Shown: positions 39,771-51,770 of the stretch, in pieces
Layout of the letters: every line of letters begins with the position of its first letter
Position numbering within the stretch: position 1 is the stretch's first letter
Assembly (NCBI GenBank): GCA_905331295.1
Contig: CAJNYD010000503.1
Span: 1-64,000 of the forward strand
Source: Rotaria socialis
Taxonomy: Eukaryota
Length of the DNA: 64,000 nt
Direction of reading: 5' to 3'
The notes under the pieces: model-generated
Database searches by the model: none
Told to the model about the DNA's origin: nothing
Seen by the model: the letters and a program-made list of their open reading frames with translations, nothing else
Translations under genes and position numbers: made by a program

Positions 39771-39823
39771 GTGTGGGTGTGGGTGTGCTTGTAGTTATTT
39801 CTATTATGAGCACCCACACTCTC
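39769..39823. repeat. Inverted telomere-like junction
   Basis: gggtgtgggtgtgggtgtgct...agcacccacactctc. Confidence 0.9.
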
Positions 39824-40711
39824 GTAGAAAGAAAATACTCGATATTTTTGGCATTTTATTTTATTTAAAAAGCTTCTCACTCTAGCCTCTCACTTGGGCT
39901 AAAATGTGGAAGTGTCATATATGCTCTAAACTCATTCAATCAATTGAAAAACCCTGTATATAAAAAATTCATTGAGAGACCGATTGTTTTGCAGAATAAT
40001 GGGCCATAAAAATATACACGGTTTTAATGTCTAACTGAAGTTCCTATTTGTCTATGAGCGCCTTATTTTTTCGCACTGTTGCTATTCACTCGTTGTTTGC
40101 CGTTTTTTAAACTCTTTTTTTCCTGATATAATATTGTTAGCGAATGTAATCGTTATATTTAATTTGAAACAAGGTAAGTCTGATATACATATGACCAATA
40201 TCTACAAAATGTTTTAACCAACGAGTTCACCAAGAACTATAATTATTTCCGTTCAGAGCTATTATTTGGCCAATTTTGAAAAACTCTGTACGAAGGTGTG
40301 TGGTTATTACTGTTATTCACATCATAGTTTTAGCATTACACCCGTATTGTATTTAGCCGTGAGTCTAAGTGATGAGGAGACAAACCGTCACACCCCTCCC
40401 CTTCCGTTAATTTACTAGTTGGCTATTTTTTTCGTTGCACCGAAACTGTTCTTGGGTTGCATTAGTTTCGCTCAAAATATTTTCATATTTTGTGCTAGTT
40501 AAGATTTTTTACTGGAAAGTCTTTCATTGGTTCGTACCCTTCCCTTTATGTGAACATATATGTGTGTGTTGAAGGAGAACGTGAGCCTGCTCTCGTGTAT
40601 ACATGAGTTTCATGTTCGTTACTGCTTTATCAGGCTTGTGCGCTTGATCACACACGCGTGCCTGTGCGTACTGAATTTGGATAAACTTTCTCCTTTTACT
40701 GCAATACGACT

Positions 40712-43418
40712 TTATTGAATAGAAAAGCGTTGGATCCTGTGAGGCCCATTTTGACCACTCTCAGAGACGTAAATATTGCCTTGACGGTCGAAAGACAAGC
40801 CTACGGGCCAATTTATCGGAGTATCTACACCGATGATGGCAGTGCCTTGTATTGCTCCTTGAGGCCAACGAGTTACTCGATGGTTTCTCGATTCTGCTAC
40901 ATAGAGCGTACTAAATTCATCAACAAAGAGCCCTTCGGGATGCGACAATTGTGTCAGAGCAACACCTTTTCCTTGACCGCCAGCAGCGACAATTCCTGCT
41001 GTAGCGTTTTTATTCCATTTCATTACACGATGATTGAGATGATCGGACACGTAGACAGCGTTTTGTTGATCGACAAAGATGAAAAGTGGAGCATTGAGTT
41101 GACTGAGACCAGAACCTTTTCCATGTCCACCAGCGACAAGATCTCCATTCCTCATGTCTCCTTCCATTCTATATCGTCTTACTTCTTGTTTCTCATTATC
41201 AGAGACGTATAGACATCGTTGATTATCCATAAATAATCCTCTACAACAGACATTATTGATAAGAATCTCACCTTGTATAGTTTCATTACGACGAGACCAT
41301 CGAACGACTCGTCGATTTTGCCAATCACTAATAATGAGACTATCAGTCTCTTTGTCAATTAATACATCAGTCGGACAACACAATTGATTTAATCCATTTC
41401 CTTGGCCTTTTCCTCCAGCTACGACTTGTCCATTTGTGTCACCTATCTTCCATTGGACGATACGATTATTCCAGCTATCAGCAATGATGATCGTTTGATC
41501 ATCATCAGCAACGGAGAGACTATAAGGCCGACAGAGTTCATTAACGATATTGCCTACTCCATTGTTTCCGGCAACAGTCTTTCCATGTGGTGACCATTGT
41601 GCGTTGACAGGAATCCTAGGAATCACTACAATAGATAAACAATGACAAAAACGATTAAAATAAAAGTTCTAGCAAAGTTAATTCTTCATGTAAATAAAAC
41701 GAAGAATGAACTGCGAAATATATATGGGCGTGGACGTAGGTGTGGATCTTGCGTTTCTCCTCATTCAGACCCACACCCACACCCTTTCTGAAATAAAAAG
41801 TGAATAAATGAAGGAAAAACTAGATGCGTCTGTGATATTGGTAAAATGGTTTCCATTTATTTTCTAGAAAATAGCAGCGAATAAGGCATATACAGAGAAA
41901 AATAGATGACGATAGAGAGTGAAAAAATATTTATACACGAAAATGAATTTTTCCGTCCATTTTGTTTGTTATATCTCGATCGTTTGGCAGTAAAGGCCTT
42001 CGAATCAGGCTCCAAACATCCTTATCTCCGGACTCGGGCCCTGTTTCAAAAACCTGATTTTGCAGCTTTCTATTCGACATAAATATAATGACGAAGGGAC
42101 AGTTTTTGTATTTGCATTGCGGACACTTTCAGATTTATTCAATGGCGTTCCCTGTCAAATTCAGCATCAAAATGTTTTATTTCCACGTCAGTGTTTCCAG
42201 AAATTCGTATGTAGAAAAGTCTTTCAGTTGTTAACCGATGTGGAATACTATTTCGATCAGCTGCATTGTCAGACTTCGCAGTTTAACTATTATCGATATC
42301 TTGGCCCTTCACTCATTCTGTCAGAAGAAGCACTTATGAAAGCTCACTAAATGGCACTGCAATTATTTAAATTCGTGATACTAATTTATTATAGATTGCA
42401 ATCTTCACCTTGATTTCTCTCCCGTGAACTTTTCCCGAGAACTATGATCACATTAGTAAATCTTACCACTCCTTACCATTCCTAAGTAACAGTAGTGTCA
42501 AACTTGAATTCGATTGAAAATTGAAATTTTCAATTGAATTCAAGTTAGACATATATGGAAATTTTTATTGGTTCAGTGCATACTGAAATCTGATTGCATA
42601 ATAGAAAACTATGCAATAAAAATATTCAGGTCATTGTTTGTCTGATGAATTGACCTTGAAAGAACACACCCTCAAAAAGATGAAGGACAAAAACAATGTC
42701 CAATCAGATAAAGAACTAATATAGAGAGAAAGAAGAAAATAACATGCTACTAGAAAGGAAACATCACCAACATATTTGAAAAAGTTAATTCAGATCAATT
42801 TTTGAACAAAGAGTTAAGATGAATTGCTAAATTCTAATGAATTCTGTCGATAGGTTTAATTTTAATATACTCACAGTTCTGTGGTTTACAAATATAAATC
42901 AATTGACTCCAATTAATTTGATCATTATCAATTATGATGGTTTTATTTTCACATTCTTGAATAAATTGTTGAATTTTTCGTTGCGTTTCATTTAATTTCT
43001 GCTTCAGTCTTTCAATATCATTTTCAGCAAAATTTTCTTCTTGTCGATGAGAACGAATTTCTTTTGTAATTGGTTCTAGTTCTTGTATTAGAACTGTTCT
43101 TTGTTTATTGATGAGTTCAGTGAGTTCATGATGAGCATTTTCTGCTGCTTTTTCAACTTTTCTAATTGTTGTCTTTTTCCATTCTTCAATTTGATCAAAA
43201 AGATTGAATGATAAATAATTTGGTTGGTCTAATTTTTGAATTTGATCAAAAAGTTCATCATGTGATTGAACTATTTCGTTATCGAATTTCGTCGATAAAT
43301 CTTGTTCATGTTCTTTGAAATCCTTTGAGCAAAAATAATTTTTACATCCAACACAAAATCGTCTAGCGGCTGGTTTATTACATGTCGAACATAGATTTGA
43401 ATCATCTGTTGTTGCCAT
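40712..43418 (-). CDS. B-box + coiled-coil + NHL-repeat protein; exons 43418-42875 and 41625-40712
   Basis: CSTC...CVGCKNYFCSKDFKEH B-box; NHL repeats (VAGGKGQGNGLNQL..P, YVSDHLNHRVMKW); compatible phase-1 donor and acceptor. Confidence 0.8.
41726..41785. repeat. Inverted telomere-like junction inside the putative B-box/NHL intron
   Basis: gggcgtggacgtaggtgtgg...acccacacccacaccct. Confidence 0.85.
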
Positions 43419-43424
43419 TTCTCT

Positions 43425-43542
43425 TAAAATAAATTCCCATAAATTTTTCTGAACTAAATTCTGAAAATATTTTTATCTAAAATAAATTCCCATAAATTTT
43501 TCTGAACTAAATTCTGAAAATATTTTTATCTAAAATAAATTC
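43425..43542. repeat. Tandem duplication, 53-bp unit x ~2.2, just upstream of the B-box ATG
   Basis: taaaataaattcccataaatttttctgaactaaattctgaaaatatttttatc repeated exactly. Confidence 0.85.
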
Positions 43543-43591
43543 ATATGAAAATTTATAAAGAAACGATCTTATATGACTCCTTTCATATGTT

Positions 43592-43835
43592 GTGAAACTC
43601 ACACATATTTTCGAAGAAAATGTTGAGCGTAAGTTTAAAAGCGAGATTTTTGCGGCTCCCCCTCCCCATTACACCCACTTACAGACACCACCTTGTATTA
43701 CAGATAGTAGCAAGCATGCAAAAACTAAATAAGACTTTTTCTGCCGATCGATTTTCTTGCAGCAAATATCGCACCGCGCATTATGTATAAGCAAATTAGG
43801 CGAAAAATCATATGTGAGTTCCACATTTTAGCCCC
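43592..43835. mobile_element. Short MITE-like element
   Basis: tgtgaaactcacacat pairs with atatgtgagttccaca(ttttagcccc); related ends at 30716 and 39896. Confidence 0.5.
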
Positions 43836-44046
43836 GAAGGACCTGCGCTAACAAGCGTTTTCATTTAGAACTTCAATTGAAATTTCCTTCGCTTCGCATA
43901 TCTATGACTAAGTCTGTGTACTATAAAGTTATATTAGTCGTCAATGAGGTGATATATGTTTGAATCAAACAACTACATGCAACCAATTCGACAAGTTTGT
44001 ATCGTCTTAAACGGCAGGCTTATAAAATAAATTAATGGATGCGCAC

Positions 44047-44631
44047 TAGGGGTGTCATATTTAAATTTTAAAAAATTTATTAAATCGGGAAATAAATTTT
44101 CAAAAATTTAAACTTAAAATAAATTTAAATTAAATTGTTTGAAATTCAAATTAGTTAAATTTTGAAAACTAGCAGATAAAAATAGTTTTTGACTTGATTT
44201 CTACTATTTAAAGTCAAATTTGAGTATGTTTCCTGTTTTCTAAAGTTAAAACTAGTCATTCTTCTATGAATTGTGCTGTTAAATATATTTTTATGAGTAT
44301 CCCAGTATTCTGAAGAAGAAAGATGACGGATCCTGCATAATCTGTAGAGAAATTTTGACTATTATGAATAAATATTAACCTAAAATACTAGATTTTCCTC
44401 TCATTTAGTATTTATTACTGTTAAAGTCACGTATTTCTCTCGTAGCAATGATGTGTATCCATCCAAACAATTTATTAAATTTAAAATTTAAATTTAAAAG
44501 AATTTATTAAATCGAGAAATAAATTTTCAAAAATTTTATTTAAATTTAACTTCATAGAATTTAATTTTAAATTAAATTAACTTTTCACGAAGTTAAGTTT
44601 AAATTAAATAAACTGTAAATTGACACCCCTA
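44047..44631. mobile_element. hAT-type MITE with 11-bp TIRs and an 8-bp TSD
   Basis: atgcgcac|taggggtgtca...tgacaccccta|atgcgcac. Confidence 0.9.
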
Positions 44632-45174
44632 ATGCGCACATTAGTGAAAATTGAACGAAAAGCTATCTGAGTGTAACAAAGTGAATTTCTCTATGAAGTA
44701 TAAGGGTGTTATCAATAAATTTCGCAGTTTAATTTTTGTTTAGACTAGATGTTTGGCCAATTTAGAAAACGATGAACAAACCTAAACTGATTCAGTTTAT
44801 TTCTGCAACCAAACAAGCTTATTCGTCATTTGATGAAACTTTTCTTTTTGGTTTTCGTATGTGAAATATGATGCAAAAAGAAGTGACGAACTTGCACGAA
44901 TGAAAAAATCAGGCCCTTCTTTTCTGCCGAAAGAAAAAAATGAAACAAAAACAAGTCTTCTGAGTAAAAACAATTTTGCAAGAATGATTTTACGGAAGTG
45001 AAATTCTGCTAGAATAGGCCTCTTCAAATGCCAAACACAAAACTATTAAGATGATAACTGCATCCTAGGATTATAGCTCTTCTTGGATTTTCGGGAATAT
45101 CACATTAATTTATAATTAATTTAATAATTTGTTTTGCATTCTCTAGTTATAAATGATTTATTTTTATTTTTTTC

Positions 45175-45363
45175 GGTGACGTTTCGTCAATGACTTCATC
45201 AGACTACTTATATATGTTAAGATTAGAATACATTATCTGTTTAATATAGTGGAACGAACAAGACAGTAGTATTGGACGAAATTTGTCTTTTTCGTTCGTT
45301 CCACTATCTTAAATAGACAATGTATTGTAATCTTAACATATATAAATAGTCTGATGAAGTCAA
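45175..45363. mobile_element. Inverted repeat (~65-bp arms) carrying a minimal hammerhead-like core; probable Penelope-like LTR remnant
   Basis: 45191-45265 pairs with about 45284-45362; the minus strand reads CUGAUGA-A-GUC-AUU-GAC-GAAAC-GUC. Confidence 0.6.
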
Positions 45364-46903
45364 TTTCGTTGTTATATTTGTCACTTGATACTTTTTAATT
45401 AGCGAAAATGAATTACTCATAGTATTGTGTTAGTTCTACTCACCATCACCTTTTGTTGATTCTATAACTCGTTGAAAATTTAATTGTTTGCCATAAAAAA
45501 AAATACTTTTCTTTATATTCATACAGTACCATAAGAGAATAAACGAGCAGCATTCTTTCACGCGCGGAAAGAAAAGTTATTTTTGCTAAGAATACGACAT
45601 GAGTTTGTTTTGAAGTATTTCGATAGTATATGACTCATTAACATACAAGAACAACATAGAGTCAGCTGCAACGAATCGAAATGTTTGTAAAGCATTATTA
45701 TGATGCTAAATCAGCGGAGTGAGGGCGGATGAGCTGATTGGAATCATACTCAATTATTGATAATCATTGCAAATTACAGGCAATCGACGTTGATCAATAG
45801 CAATCGATATTTTTTTAATGGAAATTTTACAAAATGCTTATTCTATACTAGAGCGATAGACGCGTCTGCACATGAAGCAATTGATGAATCGATACAATGT
45901 TGATTAGACAGACTTGACTGAGCAATTATAGAAGAATATTCATTTTATTTTAATTGCATAGATTTATTGGGAACTGAACTATTACTATATTAATGAAAAA
46001 TCTATCATCGCCTATTACGATAAATGAGTTAGACGCGTATGTCCGAATTGTCGAGCATTTTCTTGTTACAAATTCTAACAATGATATCTGATTTCATGCT
46101 TGCTAAAAGAATATGTATAAATGAGTGTCTTCGTATGAGTGTTTTTACATGATCGGCCCAACAATGGCAAAAAACCAGTGCTACATTAGTGTTGCAATCG
46201 TTGAAGAAATCACATGTTTCCGACGTTTTGTCGAAACTGGCTGATAAAAAACATTCGAGGCATCGGGACAGACTGAGCACTCAAATATACTTAGGTTAAT
46301 CCGAACGTTGTGTCGAATATTCTTTGTTTCTGAATAGTAGGCTCAAAGAAATTTTGTTTTTATATGAAATAATAGAGAAAAAGATCTACTATTTTTCAAT
46401 GTTACTTCATCAGTGTGGAACTTAACTTTTGTAATTGATCGAAGCATAGGATGTGAGGCTCTGTTAAACTGTAACAGCTACATCCTTACCAGTGGCGGAA
46501 CCACAATAAGTTTAAGACGAATTCGACTGACATACGGAGATTATCGGATCCGGCCAAACAACGAAATCCGCTCGTATCCCGGGAAATGCAACTGAAAAGA
46601 GATCCAACCGATGAAATATATTTTATTAATCGGCTACTAAGTACTATCTGGCAACATTACGAGAGGCCGATCAAAACTTCCACTGAGATTCTGACAAATG
46701 GCTACAGTAGAATCTGATAACACACAATATTAGGGATTCTTATATCGTTTTCGTGTAATCCAATAAACCTAAACTACGGATTGTACCATGCATATCGATA
46801 GGTTATTGCAATCCGCTTCAATCAAACCACATTTTGATTTAAACGTTAGCACTGACACATGCAAATATAATTATTTTTATGAATTGATAAATAATGGAGA
46901 TCT

Positions 46904-46964
46904 TGAGGGTGTGGGTGTGGGTGAGGGTGTAGATGACCAGAAGAATCACACCCACACCTACATC
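46904..46964. repeat. Inverted telomere-like junction
   Basis: tgagggtgtgggtgtgggtgagggtgt...cacacccacacctacatc. Confidence 0.9.
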
Positions 46965-47257
46965 TTGGAATTACGTAGCGAAAATGAATATGATTTGAAG
47001 CCTACCATTGATCAAATAAAGTACGAAGTTTTTGGCGACGAAAATGTGATGAGTAATGCTCGTACATGTGATTCCGCGGTATCCATTATGGGAAAATATA
47101 CAGATGTTGAAATTTTTTTCAATTATACTCTCAGTGAATTTCCTCCCAATCGTGAAATGAAATCGCAAACACTAAGGCTAGATGATCCTCAGATCGCAGA
47201 TATTCTTTGTAATATGTCTAATACTTATTACAGCAGAAGTGATTACTCGAAAGCGCT
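46965..47257 (+). pseudogene. Internal fragment of a TPR-repeat protein, bracketed by two junctions
   Basis: DDPQIADILCNMSNTYYSRSDYSKALE is TPR-like; no start or stop of its own between the tracts. Confidence 0.6.
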
Positions 47258-47321
47258 TGAGGATGTGGGTGTGAACAGGAGTTGTACACATGCATGACGT
47301 GCACACCCACACCCACACCTT
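47258..47321. repeat. Inverted telomere-like junction
   Basis: tgaggatgtgggtgtg...cacacccacacccacacctt. Confidence 0.9.
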
Positions 47322-47599
47322 AGATTGAATGTTTTCTGTAGTTCAATTATAGCTGAAAGAAAGATCGATGTCTACTTGAATTTTATGAGTAAAATACATA
47401 GTTTCGTTTTAAAAAGCTTTTCTGTCTTTCGTCACTCCATTTTAAATATCATTTCAATAGAATTGAATAGATGCCGATTTTGTGTAATTGACACTGTTTC
47501 TGGTTTATTAATTGGAGTTCTAGCAACGGTAACTTACGTAGATAGGATATAAAAGGAAAAAAAATAGTTTCTTATAATCATTAGATAAAAAATGATCGA

Positions 47600-50175
47600 T
47601 CATGAATCAATGAATGGTGGGATTGAGTCGCATATATGAGGATCATCTGAACGAGCTGTCTTGAAATCACACAATAATTTTCGACGACATTCATGATCAC
47701 ATTGACTCCCATCCTTATACGATTTCGTGTAGTGTTTGTATATGGAACTCATCAATGGGCCGTCAATATCATTTTTTAATCTGTCAATTAAATCATTCCA
47801 ATCGTTTGGGAATAAATTCTTCATTTGATAGGCATCTCGTGCTTCGTATTCGTCTTGTATTATTGTTCTGTTGTACATGTTTGATGCAGTCAAATTCATA
47901 ATTACCGTACGATGATCCAATACCCAATATGAACTTCCTGAATAGTTCCCATCCATTGTATAGATCCGATAGCTTGGATTCGAAAATGGTCGAGGACTCA
48001 AAGAAGGAGTTATATAGGCCTTAAAATGAAGAGAAAACGAAATAGACGATTTGCTTTCCTAAACTACACAAACCATGGAAACAGGACGGTTTGAATCGAC
48101 TTCGTCGTAGAACATATTAAACTCATCATAATGTGTATGACCATAGAATTGACCGGCGATTGTATTCTCATATCTAAACTTGTTTCTACAAGTCAATATA
48201 AAATATTTATTTCAACTTCTCACCGATTGACGATTCGATTAAAATTCCAACTAAAAGCTGCTAGACAAAAACGAGGTGGATGATGTCCAATAATATGAAC
48301 TTTTTCTTCATGATCTTCAGCATATTGCAACCATTGCACCAACTATAGAATAGTGTTTAAGTAGCATTGTTTTTCTTTTATCTACCTTCCTTCTCAAAGC
48401 ATACTCACCCACTGAAGTTGATCAAGTGGATCGGTCGCATTGATCAATAACCAAAAGTTTTGTGGTGAACAATAATTCATATTGAGCGAAATCAGGCGTA
48501 GACCGGGACGTATCACTGTTGTATAGAAAGCTCCATGCAATATACTGTCACGTGTGTTAATAGGTAAACCAAGTTTAATCCAACTACTTGCCAATACTTC
48601 GTACAACCAGGAAATATTTTCTCCTGGAATCATCGGCGTTGGAAAAAGTTCTGAGGGTGCTATAAATAACCGACAAAGTACATAAAACATGAATAGCCAA
48701 TGAAACATAGATCATCGTCGTATTTACCTGCTTCATGATTACCAACTGTCGAATAGAAAGTTTTGTTTGGAAAAATTTTGGCTAACAAGTCATTCATGGT
48801 ATTAATCGTGTAGATTTGATCAGCACGAGACTGATTCCACACATTATGAGGTGGCAAATCTCCAGTATAATAGACGAAATCAATATTCTAAAATAGAAAC
48901 AGACGGGTTATTCACTAGAAAAACATGCAATATTTTCCCTAATGACATTTTCTACTGCTGCGATATGCTGAAACATAGCTTCAGCCGTCCAATAGGGTAA
49001 ATCACAACCACGATAGTCGCCCCTAAACAATTCTTAGATGATATTATTCTACAATAGAACAAGAAAATACATACCAGAAACCGGCACCCGTCTCACTAGG
49101 AACTAAGATGAGATGTAGAATCTTTAGAATTATGATGCACAAACGAAATACTCACGAGGCTGACCAAATCGACAGCAAACAGGTTGAAAACATTCCGCTT
49201 GAGATCCGGGTTTGTATCCAAAATCGACATGAATATCAGACAAATGAAGGACAGTCAATTTCGGCGATTCAGGCTAACATACAAAAAATTTTGTCAAATT
49301 CCTGAGTTTTCTTCGACTGCATGATTTCAGAGACAATAATATTAGAAAAAGGAATTGGTTTTTTTCATTGTATAGAAACATGGGCGTAGTACAAAGTTAA
49401 ATCTCAACTTATCAATATTGAATATCGACGGAAAATTCGAAAATGAATTAAAGTGTATGAGAATCAAATGCAAAATAAGTTCTCATATCTATCAACGGCA
49501 ATGCGAAGAGTGCAAGAAAAATGCAGACATACCGAAGGAGGTTGCGGTGGACGTGGAGGTGGTTTTCGACCGGGCACAGTGATATTCCAGTTCAATTTAG
49601 GAAAATCTGATTGATTCTCACAATCAAGAGCAAGTGCACACAATTCTCTACTAGTGAGTGAAGATGCACCAATAACTTCTATCACACACTCCTATCTGAG
49701 CGAAGATTCAAAAATATTCGATAGTTTAGTTAATCAAAATCGGTTACCCAGTATTCGTATATAGCGCCGACGCAAACATCGATATCAAGCAAGCCAAATT
49801 CTTTACAAAGGTTAAGTGCCAAATGTCTAAATTGTTCGGTTTGATTGTTCTCGATAATTAAACGAGTCTGTGATATCAAGATTAGATTATAGAAATATGA
49901 AGGTTAGATTCGCTCACTACTGGCACGAGTAGATTGCAAGCTTCACAATAAGTTGCAGCATCATATTGATGTTTAAGTGCCCATCGAAATGTGTTGAGAT
50001 TGGGCGAATGTTTAACACGGTGACGAAAATTTGCAAGATCGATAGAATGATCTTTATCACTATTGATTGGACCGTTTACAATTTGATGAACAACATCTTG
50101 CTTAACCGATCGAGCATCGATCGATGTGTGCAAATTAAATAGGGTGACAAGAAGAATGAAGACGAAGTATAACAT
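47600..50175 (-). CDS. SMPD1: Acid sphingomyelinase (signal peptide, saposin B domain, Pro-rich linker, metallophosphoesterase), about 11 exons
   Basis: YCEACNLLV saposin; [68 protein letters not shown]. Confidence 0.9.
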
Positions 50176-51040
50176 CAACGAAGATTTTCTTGAGGTGTAA
50201 AAATGCTACTGAAGACCAAACAATGAAAGAGAAAGACACGATGCTTATCAACATAGTTCTCTTATCTTTTCTTATTTGACTACGAACAATATCTCAAGCT
50301 GATACTTGAGCATATTATCTCTGTTTCGATGGGTTTTGATTTCAAAATGCCACGATTTATTAAACGCAGAAGCCTATTCATTGTGATCTGTTTTACCAGT
50401 CATGTGACATATAAAATCGATTGTTCCGGATTTTTATACTATTCTTAGAGTGTTGGGGAAAAATTTGCGCCTATCCCCTAGAGAATTTTGGCATTACTCA
50501 TTGGCCAAACTCGTGCATCAAATAATATTCATTAAGCACATCCAATTATTTTATTTATCTTTTATTTTCTTGAAAATCATTTTTTGTGCAATTAGTTGAT
50601 TATGGTATTACTAAAAATCGGAGTCCATTGGATTCATCCTGAATTTGGTCAGAAAATTTTCTGTTAGTGCTGGATTCAAATTTGCTTTCAGTTCTTGAAA
50701 CTTAATATTAATCTAGTTTGACTACTAAAATGTTGAACCCGATGAACTTTACTCGTCGGAGAAATGTGTAGACTGCACTACGTAGTCACTGAAGACAAAC
50801 AAAACGAGACGAACTATTTCATATTCTTGGGGGCGACTATCCGATTCAGACTTAAACTCCACCTGCAGTACAATATTCCTGTGATAGAGGTGAAACGCAG
50901 CGAACATAATCGAAGGTCTATGAATCACATCATTTTTCGAAAAATCACCAGCCAAAATCGTGTGCTTATATCAAAATATGCTGATTTTCTACGATTTTAA
51001 ACCGAAAATCGAAATGTCTCTTCTCACACCCTTAAAATCT

Positions 51041-51085
51041 TGAGAGTACGAGTGAACTATACATTTAAACCCACGCCCACACTCA
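51041..51085. repeat. Inverted telomere-like junction (degenerate G arm)
   Basis: tgagagtacgagtg...acccacgcccacactca; an extra cacaccct at 51025. Confidence 0.55.
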
Positions 51086-51770
51086 TGTTGCTTGAAAACC
51101 ATTACAAAGCCAATGCAAAGTCTGTTCAATTTCATAGCTGTTTTAGAACCTGTATATGTTCCTTTCGTCTATTTGACGACAACATCAAATTTCTGGATAT
51201 TAATTAAAACAACGATTCATCGTGTAACTACTTGATGAACGATTCCAACGAATCTCAGCCGTGATTAAACACAACTTAGATCGCCATTATCTCATTAATG
51301 AAGAAAATACTGAAGTGGTGATGATTTGCTTGAGGTTTTCCTCTTGTAATGCTACGTTTTTATAACTTGATTTTTGACGCAGATTTGAAACTACTTGTTC
51401 ATTGGCGTTTTACGAGACGCGTCTCCTGACCACATACAAAAGTGGTTTTATCATATAAACCGTCATTTGTGACTCACCTTTAGTCACAGTTTTATACGCT
51501 TCATGTTCATATGTTGTAACAATTCTCTTCCTAATTATTTATTTAGGATTTCGGTATTTCGCCAATATAACTCGCGGTTACATTGCCGTGATAGTTTTAC
51601 TTGTTAAGATTCCACCAATCACACATCTTGAATAAATATGTAAAAAAATCGTTTGCTTTTATTGCCCCATGTTGCGAAATAACTGAAGCATCATATGTTT
51701 TTCTTGATTTGGCAGAGAAAAATGTGTAAAATCATAAATGTAATTGTGTCGCATATTAGAAAAAGCCGAA

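Noticed and set aside
40293..40400. Possible further junction (aggtgtgtgg...acacccg; cacacccc)
   Set aside because: Too degenerate and the spacer is too long to count; the same applies to about 63410-63478 and the lone half-sites at 42665 and 43671.
46788..47297. 169-aa ORF as a complete gene
   Set aside because: It reads through both repeat tracts (GVGVGEGV, HTHT); only the middle is TPR-like, so it is a chance chimera.
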